NCBI GenBank assembly: GCA_036785375.1
Contig: JAWMAR010000305.1
Location: 682,001-746,000, forward strand
Length of the DNA: 64,000 nt
Direction of reading: 5' to 3'
From: Leucoraja ocellata
Lineage: Eukaryota
Part shown: in pieces, positions 51,126 to 62,863 of the stretch
Numbering within the stretch: the first letter of the stretch is position 1
Layout: every line of letters starts with the position of its first letter
Position numbers and translations under genes: made by a program
The notes under the pieces: generated by a model
Told to the model about the DNA's origin: nothing
Database searches by the model: none
The model's input: the letters and a program-made list of their open reading frames with translations, nothing else

Positions 51126-52959
51126 GAAGAGTGCGAAAAGTCTTCGAAGTTGGTTGTTTCCCCAAAAGATTGGGAATATAGAAAATAAGCAAAATCAAAC
51201 TCATTTGAGTTGTAAGTATCAATTAAGTGAAAAAAACCACTATTCTCATGTTAAATACTGGTGTTTTACCAACTACCTGCAGAAAAATGTTGCCTCACTC
51301 ATTAATTTTAAAACTGAACCCCATTACAAAATGCAAGCCATCTTATTAACTATATTTATTTGCAATAGTTTTCTTGTTGATAAATTTTAAATATCATTAT
51401 ATGTCAATGCAATGGCAAAATGTGAAAAATTGTCAACTTTTCTGCCCTTGACAGATTGATCAGGCTAATATCAGCTGGTGGCCCAACTGACTGCTAGTGT
51501 AAACCATCATTAATAAGAGTGTGAATATAAGAATTTGGTCAGGATGAACTATTCTGGTTAATGGCCAAGTCTCAAACAGAAATTTAACATTTGGTATTTC
51601 ATCTCGAACTTTTAAAACGTTTACATGGTAATTTCAAAACAATTGATAAAAATACTTCACTTTCCCTTCACCTCATGCTGTGAATTAAAATATATCTGTA
51701 TGATATTCATTTTCCATTTCTACTTTAAATGGATATTAATTAGATGTAATCATTTTCTTCCCTGCAGCCTTGCGGAGTAGATCTAAACAAATTACTCTTC
51801 AAGCACAGCAATTTTTATTTGGTCTGACACTATGACAAGTGAAATTAGAATAATTCTAACATAATTTGAGAAGACTTCCAATATTACTGAAACAATTTTG
51901 ACCAACCTTGGTGTATATTAATCAAATCAATCCAGACCGGACTGTCTCCTCAGTAACAGAACATTATCCCATGATTTAATAGCATTTCTAATTACCCTCT
52001 TGGCATATTCTTCTGTGTAAATACACTATAAGAATCATGTATTTTGATTTATTTACCTCCCTTCGTGCAAGGAAGATATCAACATTTTTCTAATTTGAAT
52101 TTAAAGCACTCTGTTGGACATTGCCTGAGGGGAGGGACAGATTCCACCAACTCCATAATTCGTCTCAAAGTAACATCGCTATTACAACACTCCTTTCATT
52201 AAAATTCAACACATCATGATTTTCAGCAGGATGTCAGGTTATATGTTAGGGATGGTAGACAAAAGTGCTGGAGAAACTCTGCGGGTGCAGCAGCATCTGT
52301 GGAGCGAAGGAAGTGTTAGGGATGTCATTTTGAAACAATTTACAAAGAAGCCACTATTATATCAAATTCACGGGATTTCAAACTTTGATGTGTCGGAAAG
52401 ATCTGCAGATGCTGGTTTCTACTAAAGATAGACTAAAATGCTGGAGTAGCTCAGCAGGTCAGGCTGCATCTTTGAAGAAAAGTAATAGGTGATGTTTCAG
52501 ACCCCTTCTTCAGACATCAAACATTGGAATTGCTCAGTTTATAAAAGGGTGACAAAAATGAAAGACTGCAGACAATGTCATGCACATTTTATTATCGAGG
52601 TGCAGAATTTCATGCAAAATTATTAACCAGCTTTAGAGTTTGAAAGTTTAATCACTTTTCTTGTAAATTACTCTTGTCATCAACACAATCTCTTAATCTT
52701 CCCAACACAGTACACCACTTAATCATCATTTCCCTTTATGGATCTTCCCATCTCAGGGAAGAGGTGAGAGATAAATATACAAACATGCAAGCTCACGGAC
52801 TCTAAATACTATCTTCATGTGTGTATATATTTATATTATGGTATATGGACACACTTATCTGTTTTGTAGTAAATGCCTACTATGTTCTGTGTGCTAAAGC
52901 AAAGCAAGAATTTCATTGTCCTATACAGGGACATATGACAGTAAACTCATTTGAACTTG

Positions 52960-53960
52960 AACTTCCTCCCACCTTGCTTCCCGTAAAAAACACATTCCAT
53001 TCTCATATCCCCCTCCATCTCCCTCATATCAGGGGCCTCTGAGATTACTTCCTTCTACCACTACTGTGGCAATCTATCGACCACTGTTAACAGAACCCTT
53101 GAAAAGCAACTTAGATATTCCATGCACCTTTGATTCAGATTCAGATTCAATTTTAATTGTCATTGTCAGTGTACAGTACAGAGACAACGAAATGCATTTA
53201 GCATCTCCCTGGAAGAGCGACATAGCAAACGATTTGAATAAATAATAATAAGTGTCCGGGGGGGGGTGGTGATTGGCAGTCACCGAGGTACGTTGTTGAG
53301 TAGAGTGACAGCCGCCGGAAAGAAGCTGTTCCTCGACCTGCTGGTTCGGCAACGGAGAGACCTGTAGCGCCTCCCGGATGGTAGGAGGGTAAACAGTCCA
53401 TGGTTGGGGTGAGAGCAGTCCTTGGCGATGCTGAGCGCCCTCCGCAGACAGCGCTTGCTTTGGACAGACTCAATGGGGGGGAGCGAGGAACCGGTCACAG
53501 TCTGAACAAGGGTAGAGTTCTTCTGTTCCCGATTTCCACCCCACCAGACTCTGCATTCAATGGATTATCCTTACCAAGTTCCAGTACCTTCAATACAAAT
53601 CTAGCACCCGACATCTCCTCCCCTTCCAGTATTCCAAAAGGACTGTTCCTGTTCTCCCATCTCTGTCAGATACTCCCTTTCACATGGCACCTTACCAGGA
53701 ACTTTACCAAAGTACTGCAGGAAATGCACCATTTGTCATTGCACCTCATCCTTTCCCACCATCTAGGGACCCAAAAGGTTTTTACAGATGAAGCAGCAAT
53801 TTGCTTGCAGTTCTTCCATTACACTGTACTCTCAATAAGGTTTCATTTTCATTGAAGAAACGAAACACAGACTGGGTGACAGCTTAGCATAAGGAACATC
53901 ACCTTCTGCCCAAGATCGCTGCAGTCCTCCAGGCACAATATCAGATTCAAGTAACTCCTT
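52960..53960 (+). mobile_element. Degenerate Penelope-like RT thumb/linker/EN fragment hosting a Rex1 insertion
   Basis: Frameshifted remnants resemble RVPLV.TFHPTSL.IQ.II and a Cys-rich linker. Confidence 0.55.
53132..53499 (-). mobile_element. Young Rex1/Babar LINE 3' end
   Basis: ORF 53280..53498 (SHPNHGLFTLLPSGRRYRSLRCRTSRSRNSFFPAAV), a 3' stem-loop and a (GAATCT)n tail. CpGs are retained. Confidence 0.9.
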
Positions 53961-54264
53961 TCCTCAAGAATCGGGCAGTTCTGCTGCGAGTTATCTATTT
54001 GTAATGGTAGCCGAGTAGGTGTTTCTTCTCCCACTTCACTCACAAAACGTGACCAGCCAGGCATTTCTCACATCTCTTCATCGCACAGCTTTTATGTTCC
54101 TTTTCTGTCCGTCTTTTACTGTTCTTGTTAACCCATCAACTAGAAAACTTCAAGTTTACCCAAGGCAAGCATGGCCTCAAGCTATCAGAAATATTTATTT
54201 TTGACAGACTCTTCAGCCCACCAAGACCATACTGATCACCCATTCACACTATGTGCAGGAATGA

Positions 54265-54408
54265 AATCGCTGAACACATTCGCTCAGTCCACCTTAACCT
54301 ACCTGATCTCTCGGCTGCTCAGCACTTTCACTCCCCTCTCTCATTCCCAATCTGACCTTTCTGTCCTGGGCCTCCTCCATTGTCAGAGTGAGGCCCAGCA
54401 CAAATTGT
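54265..54408 (+). mobile_element. Penelope endonuclease fragment
   Basis: Homologous to 20580-20720 (AEHIRSV...DLSVLGLLHCQSEAQHKL). Confidence 0.8.
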
Positions 54409-55072
54409 CCCACCAGTGGAAACATCCTATACATGTCGACCATCTAAGCCTTTGACCATTCTGTATGTATCAATGAGGTCTCCACTCATCTTCTCAACTC
54501 CAGTGAGTACAGGCCCAGTGCTGACAAATGCTCATCATAGGTTAACCTACTAATTCCTGGGATCATTCTTGTAAACCTCCTCTGGACCCTCTCCAGAGCC
54601 AGCACATCCTTTCTCAGATATGGTGCCCAAAATAGCTCACAATATTCCAAATGCGATCTTACCAACACTTTATGGAGCCTCAATATTACGTCCCTGTTTT
54701 TGTATACAAGCCTTCTTGAAATAAATGCTAGCATTGAATTTGCTTTCTTTACTACCGATTCGACTTGCAGATTAACTTTTTGGGAATCCTGTACCAGAAC
54801 TCCCAAGTCCCTTTGCATCTCCAATTTCTGGATACTCACCCCATTTAGAAAATATTTGATACCTTTATTCCTACTACCAAAATGCATGACTCCACACTTT
54901 GCTATACTATATTCCATCTGCCACTTCTCTACCCACTCTCCCAACCTGTCCAAGTCATTCTGCAGAGTCCCTGCTTTCTTGGCACTACCTGCCCCTCTCC
55001 ACCTATTTTCGTATAATCCGCAAACTTTGCTACAGAGCCTTCCACCCCCTTGGCCAAATCATTAATATGCAA

Positions 55073-55905
55073 TACAATACAATACAATTTATTTGTCATT
55101 TGAACCCCATTGAGGTTCAAACGAAACGTTGTTTCTGCAGTCATACACACAAAAAAGAACCAAGCCACAACACAATTTACACAAACATCCATCACAGCGC
55201 ATCTCCTCCTCGCTGTGATGAAAGGCAAAGACTTATCTCTCCCCTGCACTTCCCATTCCCCTCCCGATGTCAGAGTCAAAGTCAAAGCCCCCGGCGGGCG
55301 ATGGTAATTGCCCCGCGGCCATTAACGCCGCGCAGGGTGATGCAAGGCCACGCTCCGGGTCTTGTTGTTGGAGCCCCCGGCGGGCACTAGCAAAGTCCCA
55401 CAGCCATTCCAAGCCACGCCAGGCGATGATGTAAGGCCCCGCTCCAGGTACTATTCAACCCCGCAACTCGGGCGGGTGAAGTCGCCGTTGTGGAAGCCCC
55501 GAAAAGCGGTCTCCCAGCAGGGACCCGCGGGCTCCCGGTGTCACTATCCACCGGACCTGCGGTAAGCCTCCGAATCCCTGGGGTCGGGTCGCAGCAGCGC
55601 GCCACCACCGCTCCTCCCGCTCCGAACTTGGCCAGCTCCACGATGGTGAGTAGGTCCGCAGGCTCCGCGACTGGAGCCCCAGGTCGTTCCTGCTGGAGGC
55701 CGCTCCACGGTGCTAGGCCCCAACGACAATGGAGACCGGACAGAGTTCTCCGTGCAGGGGATAGATTTTAAAAGTTTCCCCCACCCCCCGCCCCCCACAC
55801 ACATACACAAAAAAATAAAATAAAAACTACATTCAACGAGACAAAAAATAATAAAAAGACGGACGGACTGCAGAGGCCGCTGCGACGCGAGTCGCACCAC
55901 CCACC
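55073..55905 (-). mobile_element. GC-rich non-autonomous retroposon (copy B) with Rex1-type 3' stem-loop and (GTATT)n tail, nested in CR1
   Basis: The ends are homologous to 1885-2755. The CR1 host rejoins at tgcaa (55068) and tacaa (55906), an imperfect TSD. Confidence 0.8.
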
Positions 55906-56061
55906 TACAACGTGACGAGTAGCAGCCCCAGCACCTATCCTTGCGGAACTCCACTAGTCACTGGCAGCCAACCAGAAAAAAGCCCCCTTTGTCTTCTGCC
56001 ATCCAGCCAACCTGCTATCCATGCTAGTATTTCCCCATTGATAACATGTGGCACCTTATCA

Positions 56062-56205
56062 CCTGACACCCTCTGAGTGAGGGCTACATGTATATATGTA
56101 TGTAGTTTGTTTTGTTGTGCTATTCTTATAACAAATGTAAATCACTTTGGCCAACGAGAGTTGTTTTTTTAAATGTGCTATATAAATAAATGTGACTTGA
56201 CTTGA
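56062..56205 (+). mobile_element. L2-clade-type 3' end with (GACTT)n tail and 7-bp TSD CTTATCA
   Basis: tgtaaatcactttgg...aaatgtgctatataaataaa followed by (gactt)n. CTTATCA lies at 56055-56061 and 56206-56212. Confidence 0.7.
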
Positions 56206-56901
56206 CTTATCAAAGGCTTTCTGAAAATCTAAGTAAATAACATCTTCTGACTCCTTTGTCTGTCCTGTTATTTACTTCTTCAAAGAATTCCAGCAAATTT
56301 GTAAAGCAAGACCTCCCCTTCACAAAGTCATGCTAACTTCGGCCTATTTTATCGTGAACTTCAAAGTACTCTGTAACCTCATCCTTTATAACAATGGACT
56401 AAAATCTTACCAACCATCGAAGTCAAACTAATCAGCCTATAGTTCCCACTATTCTGCCTTACTCCATTTTTGTGCAGCGGGGTTATAGTGGCAATTTTCC
56501 AATCATCTGGGACCACTCCTGACTCTAGTGATTCCTGAAATATCACTATCAATGCCTCCACAATCTCTAATGCCACCTCTTTCAGAACCCTAGGGTGCAG
56601 TCCACCCGGATGAGGTGACTTATCCACTTTCAGCCCTTTCAGCTTCCCAAGCACCTTTTCCCTGGTAATAGCCACTCCACAAACTTCCACCCCGACTCCC
56701 TTGAATTTCAGGCTTGTTGCTGGTGTATTCCACTGTGAAGACCGATGCAAAAAAGTTATTCAATTCTTCTGCCATTTCTTTATTCCCCATTATCACTTCT
56801 TCTGCATCATTCTCCAGCGATCCAACGTCCACTCTTGCTTCTTTCTTGCTCTTTATATAACTGAAGAAACTCTTGCTAGCCTCATATTATTGACTAGCTT
56901 A

Positions 56902-57041
56902 AGGGCCTGTCCCATTTGTCACGGGGTGACGCCTGTTTGGTCATGAGTAGCGGCCCAAAGAGTCGTACCTTTTTCTGATCGCTGCTGGATTTTCAACATT
57001 TTGAACATTTTCGGCGACCTGCTGCAACTATGATCGGTGCC
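56902..57041. mobile_element. Truncated PIF/Harbinger MITE with one TIR, related to 2968-3463
   Basis: TTA|AGGGCCTGTCCCATTT. The CR1 host resumes at about 57042. Confidence 0.7.
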
Positions 57042-58959
57042 ACCTTCGTATTTCATCTTTTCTCCTCGTATTTTCTTTTTCGTTACTCTCCGTTGTTCTT
57101 TAAAAGCTTCCCAATCCTCTGGCTTCCTACAAATCTTTGCTATGTTATACGCCTTCTCTTTTCGCTTTATACTGTCCTTGACTTCCCTTCTCAGCCACGG
57201 TCGCCTCTTTCTCTCCCTAGAATCTTTCTTCCACTTTGGAAAGAAAAGATCCTGCATCTTCCAGATTATTCCCAGAAATTCCTGCCATTGCTGTTCCACC
57301 TGTTAAGGTCCCTTTGGGACCAGCTCCCCCCTCAGGCCTCTGTAGTTCCCTTTGCCCAGCTTCAATACCGACACATCCGATTTTACCTTCTCCCTCTCAA
57401 ATTGCAGATTAAAACTTATCATGTTGTGGTCACTATCTCCTAATGGTTTCTTTACCTTGGGTTCCCTATCAAATCTGGTTCATTACATAACACTAATTCC
57501 AAAATTGCCTTTTACCTGGAATTGTTTATGCGAAAGTCAGGAACACTTTCTAAAAATCTAAAAGTCTAAGAATCTAAAAGTTTTTTTTTTCTTGATGTGG
57601 CATCTGCTGCTTATATGAGGGGGGGGGGGGGGGGGGGGAGAAGCACTTTCGTAACCAATGTAATAATCTGATCAAGTATGTTTTTAAGGTTTTTGCAGTG
57701 TACTTGTTTCAAAAAGAAAGAAAGTAACTTCAACTCCTATTGAGGACCGTATCTGAATGTTATAGCCGTGCTGATTACAGAATGAAATTGGACAATTAGC
57801 TTCAGGACAGCATCTTCAGAAATTGGTGTGATGTTGACTGCCTCGGAAAGAAAAGCAGTGTCTTGCCTGAGGAGCCAGTAGAATCAGGAATGCAGCAATA
57901 ATGGGAACAAAAGCATTTAATAGGCGGTACATCAGCAGATGATGTAGCCATTGCAAACTAGAAGATTGCTTTTCCAAATTAAGAAGGTAGGAAGCAACAG
58001 TTTAACTGCTTTAACAAATAACAAAAGTGCATATATCTTTTTTGTTACACCGCACACATAACAATAAATGAAGTTACAGTGACATATGCGTGTGCTTGAC
58101 AATGTGCGAAAATGGAGAATAGAATAATCCAAACTTCTCTGGTGTTCTCACACTCCATGCACAACCCCCTTACTATTTGGTTTTTGTTTTTTTATGTCAG
58201 TTATGCCATGATGCGATGAAAAGCATTTATTTGTGTACTATTTCAGTTAAATCAGATGATACTATAAATTACTACAATCAAGCCACAGACACTGACAACA
58301 GTTAGAGCAAAGAGAGAAATACCAGAGTGTAAAATATAGTGTTCCAGCATTGTAGCATTGCAGTTACAGAGAGAAAAGTTATTTTACGTTTGGGGAAAAA
58401 AAATTGAATCTCGTTAAACAATTTTACAACCAAAAAATGTTGGAAATACTCAGGTCAGGCAGCATCTATGAAGGGGGAAACAGAACTCATGTTTCAGGTT
58501 GATTACCTTTTATCACCTGAAACATCACCAACCTGTAAAATTAACTTTGCTTCCTTCCCCCCAGATGTTGTCTGATCTGATGAGAATTTATGTACACACA
58601 AAAGTCTCAATAGAGATGAATCGACTAACATACAATATATGCCTGTTTTACTGAATTTTCATGAAAATGTAATATTCAAATGCAAGAATGTTCTGAGGCA
58701 AAGCCTTGATAGCTTTTAAGTACATAATGGCAAAGGTACACACATCTCATTTTCCTCCCGTATTGACCCACAAAGGACCAACCAACATGATCCCAACACA
58801 ATAGCATATTTCTCAATATTTAAAGAAAAAATCATGCTATTTAAATATACTCTGCGAAATATATAATGAGGTTATATCTCAAATCTATTACTACTGGGGT
58901 TCAGTTTTAACCCTGACCCAGTAATATTAAATGTACAGTACATGTATTGACATGCTCAC

Positions 58960-59025
58960 CTCTTGAACAGCTGGTTGTTGAAAGAGGGGAATGAGTGGAT
59001 TCGTTCTAGGAATGTCAATGTGAAT
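58960..59025 (-). CDS. TBC1D22B: TBC1D22B coding exon (about exon 7, 66 nt): IHIDIPRTNPLIPLFQQPAVQE; carries the IxxDxxR arginine finger
   Basis: Boundaries are ctgttcacag|ATT CAC...CAA GAG|gtgagc. RTNPLIPLFQQP matches the B paralogue as recalled, not TBC1D22A. Confidence 0.95.
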
Positions 59026-59191
59026 CTGTGAACAGAAAGGTAAAGTTAGATTATATCAGTAGTTGAGCAAAACAATTACTACTTGTGTTTCATGAAGGTA
59101 GAATGTCTTGACAAATCTTTAACAACTTGTAGGTTTTTTTAAAATCTAGCTAAATCTTGATGCACTGCATCAAGCATGAATTTGCTACACC

Positions 59192-59391
59192 NNNNNNNNN
59201 NNNNNNNNNNNNNNNNNNNNNNNNNNNNNNNNNNNNNNNNNNNNNNNNNNNNNNNNNNNNNNNNNNNNNNNNNNNNNNNNNNNNNNNNNNNNNNNNNNNN
59301 NNNNNNNNNNNNNNNNNNNNNNNNNNNNNNNNNNNNNNNNNNNNNNNNNNNNNNNNNNNNNNNNNNNNNNNNNNNNNNNNNNNNNNNNNNN
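59192..59391. other. Assembly gap (exactly 200 N, probably an arbitrary scaffolding gap)
   Basis: Run of n. Confidence 1.
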
Positions 59392-59454
59392 CTGAAGTCA
59401 TGTCCTCTTGTTTGAATCTTCCCTATTCTCAAAGGGAAAAGCTTGTCCACATCC

Positions 59455-60261
59455 ATAATTTATTCATTTATCACAAATGGGGGATATATTTGGATAAAAT
59501 TTGTTCAATCTTGTTTTTGAATAATATAATCTATGTAAATTTTAAATTGAATTAGATTATGTCTTGCATTAATCAAACATTTGTGAATATATACAAGTAC
59601 TTTTCCCATGTAACCTTCGTAAGTTTTTATCATTAGTTCCCGTTCCCACTCTTCTCTAAGTACCTCTGTCGATGGTAGGTCTATATTTAGATTATTATTA
59701 CATAAATATGATATTAATTTTTGTGAGTCAGCTTTAATATTCATTGCTTCTTCCAATAATTCAGGAGTTATTTTTTGATATCCTTGTATATATTTTTTCA
59801 TGAAATCGCAAATCTGAAGATATTTAAAATATTGGTTGTTTTTCAGTTTTAAATTTTAATTGTAATTGTTGGAATTGATAGTAGATTTTCCATTTCGTAC
59901 ATATCCCCGATCCTTCTAATTCCGAAACTTTCCCATTGGTTATATGTTTTATCAATAAGAGATGGTTTAAATAAAGGGTTATTCGCAATTGGCATTAACA
60001 ATGATAAATTCTTAATTTTAAAGATAATTTTATTAGTTTCCAAATTCTTATTGTACCATATATAATTTGGTTCTTCTTATATATTGTGTTATTCCGTTTT
60101 TTCGGGCGGGGGGGGGGGGGGGGGGGGGGGGGGAAGAGGGATCGTTCCTATATTACAAGGACGACAATTCCCTCTTTCTCCATTTTCATCCATTCTGTCC
60201 TGTTGGGTTAGAACTATCCAGCCAATAAATTATATTCTTAATATTGCAACCTGCCCAATAA
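59455..60261 (-). mobile_element. L1-clade LINE ORF2 C-terminal fragment (continues at 61473-61492)
   Basis: ORFs 59849..60043 (PIANNPLFKPSLID..YNQW...GI..IGDMY) and 59505..59801 (LIQFKI). An LPN...YYYWA motif spans the Helitron insertion. Confidence 0.8.
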
Positions 60262-61472
60262 TCTTTCTATATTACTAAAAGTCTGTTCTTGACCGGTTTT
60301 GTCCATCTGTGCTGCGATTTCTGAGAGAACGCCGCCACCTACGGCCCGTCATTTTTGGCCACTTTGCTCAGAGCCCCCCCTCCCGCCGTATGTGTGCCCG
60401 AGGATTTTTCCCGTCGATGAAAAATGACAGAGATATTAATGATTTTACAAAATTCCCCCCATTCTCTCTGCTCGCCCCTGCTGGCGGCAGGGGGGGAGGG
60501 ACTATAAAACCAAGAAGTGGTGTGCCTCAATCAGTGTCTGCAAGCTGGAGGAAGGCAGAGGGTCACGTTTCTCTGAGCTGTGAATAACACTGAACACATG
60601 TCTACTCAAATGTAAGTGTCCTTAGTGGTTCTAAAACGCTTGCAGAATGTGTCTATTGGTTCTAAAATGTTTGCAAAAAGTGTCTCTTTTGGTTCTACAA
60701 TGCTTGCAGAATGTGTCTTTTTTGGTTCTAAAATGTTTTTTTAGGTTCTCCCCGCCCCCCGCCCCTCGTCCTCTTCCCCCCCCCCTCTCCTCTTCACCTC
60801 CCTCTCCTCCTCCCCTCCCTCCCCCTCCCCTCCCTCTCCCCTCCCTCACCTCTTCCCCCCCTCCCCTCTCCTCCTCTTTCCCCCCCCTCCCCCTCTCCTC
60901 CTCTTCCCCCCTCCCCCTCTCCTCTTCCCCCCTCCCCTCCTCCTCTTCCCCCCTCCCCTCTCCTCTTCCCCCACCCTCTCCTCTTCCCCCCTCTCCTCTT
61001 CCCCCCCCTCTCCTCTTCCCCCCCTCTTTTTCTCCCCCCTCCACTCCATCCCCTCCCCCACCATTCCTCCCTTAAAACCCCTCCCCTCCACACACCCCTA
61101 CCCCCTTCCCTCCACCCTCTCTTCCCCCTCCCCTCTCATCCCCCCCTCCCTCTCCCCCCCCCCCCCCCCCTTATCCCTCTTGCCCCTCTCTCTGTGTCTC
61201 TGTCTCTCTCTCTCTGCTCCCACTCTCTACCCCCCCCCCCCTCTCTAGATTGTGACTGCAAGTTGGGGGCTATGCGTCAGTAGATAGGGTGGTTATGGGG
61301 TAAAAGGAGCAAATTAATAATATTAATATAATATCAAGGGGGTAATTAGCGTGAGTGCGGGGGGGGAGATAGTTAGTATATGTGACGCTGCGTGCCGCCT
61401 CCCCCCCCCCCCCCCCCCCCCCCCACAACCGCACGTTGAGGGAACAGACCCAACGGGTCTGCACTGGTCTAG
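60262..61472 (+). mobile_element. Non-autonomous Helitron (1211 bp)
   Basis: The 5' end is A|TCTTTCTATATTACTAAAAG. The 3' end has hairpin CAGACCC-AAC-GGGTCTG, 7 nt, then CTAG|T. There is no TSD, and the host L1 rejoins at the AT dinucleotide. Confidence 0.85.
60748..61245. repeat. Polypyrimidine/polypurine low-complexity tract
   Basis: About 500 bp of almost pure C/T on the plus strand. Confidence 0.95.
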
Positions 61473-61703
61473 TAATACATAAATTCGGAAGGGTACAAAG
61501 TTAACAGTTGAAATCAGTGGAAGACTAAGCTATGGGGCATTTTGTTCACTGTCAACTTGGATCCTTTTCAACTCGCACTCAATAATCCATCAGAACTTTA
61601 TTCTTAAGATAAAAAAATGATTAGTTAAAATAAAACAAGTTAAGATAAAAATAGAAAGATAAAAAAAATAGAAAAATAACCTAGACAGTAAAACAGCAAA
61701 GTT

Positions 61704-61731
61704 CTGAAGAAGGGTCTCGACCCGAAACGTC
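61704..61731 (+). ncRNA. Minimal hammerhead ribozyme motif in a Penelope pLTR (core intact)
   Basis: CTGAAGA-A-GGGTC-TC-GACCC-GAAA-C-GTC has the CUGANGA box, stem II, the GAAA box, palindromic ACGT and a GUC triplet. Stem I is weak in this truncated copy. Confidence 0.7.
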
Positions 61732-61750
61732 ACCTATTCCTTCGCTCCAT

Positions 61751-62090
61751 AGATGCAGGAAGATTGCTCCTGATGTTGGGGAAGTCCAGGACAAGGGGTC
61801 ACAGCTTAAGGATAAGGGGGAAATCCTTTAAACCGAGATGAGAAGAACTTTTTTCACACAGAGAGTGGTGAATCTCTGGAACTCTCTGCCACAGAGGGTA
61901 GTTGAGGCCAGTTCATTGGCTATATTTAAGAGGGAGTTAGATGTGGCCCTTGTGGCTAAGGGGATCAGAGGGTATGGAGAGAAGGCAGGTACGGGATACT
62001 GAGTTGGATGATCAGCCATGATCATATTGAATGGCGGTGCAGGCTCGAAGGGCCGAATGGCCTACTCCTGCACCTAATTTCTATGTTTCT
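61751..62090 (+). mobile_element. Young CR1 3' fragment inserted in the Penelope pLTR
   Basis: The pLTR sequence atagatgc|tgcctc is split by it. It is near-identical to 15975-16320. Confidence 0.9.
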
Positions 62091-62384
62091 ATGCTGCCTC
62101 GCCTGCTCAGTTTCTCCAGCATTTATGTCTACTTTTTTTTTTTTTTTTTTTTTAATAGTAGTTGATTAAATAACTGAAGATTCAAATATCCTGATTAATT
62201 ATCCAAATATAAAATCCCTTGCGGCACCATTTTTCAAATAAATCTTTTTTTGCAAAGTGTATTTTCATTATATCACAAACAGGCTAAATCTAGTTATGTA
62301 AATGAGGTGGTCAAAGAGCATACATTTCTTATTAATAGTACTCTCTTTAAAAGCTTAAACTAATATTAGAATTATCGCATCAGA

Positions 62385-62720
62385 GTTCAGGGTCCATGTT
62401 TAACTCCTCCTGCAACATTGGAGCATCATTAATCAGACTGACACTGTGAAGCAGTTACAAGTGCTCAGAGATTGAATGATGCCATCTTGCAGATTAAGGT
62501 AAACAAGGACCTTACCTGCTCTTTCAAGTGGAAGAAAGAGGTGTTATGACAGTATTGGAACCAGAGCAGATTAGTTTTTCTAAGGACCTATTCAATATCT
62601 GCCAACATATATTGACTGGTCACTTATTTCAAAGCTTTGAGCTCACAAAGTGTAGCCATTTTTGCCTACATAAGAGCAGTGACACCTCTTCAATTTGCTT
62701 TAGGTATATGAAAAGCACAC
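62385..62720 (+). mobile_element. Degenerate Deu-domain SINE (SacSINE-like)
   Basis: ctgacactgtgaagcag...tgccatcttgcagattaaggtaaacaaggacc...tcaagtgga resembles the recalled Deu core. Confidence 0.6.
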
Positions 62721-62863
62721 TCTTTAAGAGAATAGTTCTTTTTTTTTTAATGTTTCTATATTAAGCACATCTACTTTAAAGAAGCCTCTTTTAAAATCTT
62801 TAGTACAATGGCAATTTGGTGCACTAGCAGTTTGAAAAAGCAGCTTAAATTTCATTCAAGTAC

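Larger units (their letters stand above)
54410..57520 (-). mobile_element. Long CR1 ORF2 fragment (about 3 kb) with three nested insertions
   Basis: ORFs 56919..57299, 56379..56750 (KSP.PGGLHPRVLKE...PDDWK.A..TPL.K...NYR.ISLTS), 54929..55285 (KFADYTK) and 54486..54953. Confidence 0.95.

Noticed and set aside
54486-57443. Possible intact reverse transcriptase gene
   Set aside because: It is broken by frameshifts, stops and three insertions, so it is a dead CR1 copy.
58960-59025. Assignment of the gene to TBC1D22A
   Set aside because: RTNPLIPLFQQP and YYDSRNEEHHQDTYRQ match the B paralogue as recalled.
60631-61093. Pro-rich and Gly/Glu/Arg-rich ORFs (also 46274..46600)
   Set aside because: Low-complexity C/T tracts lack stop codons by composition.
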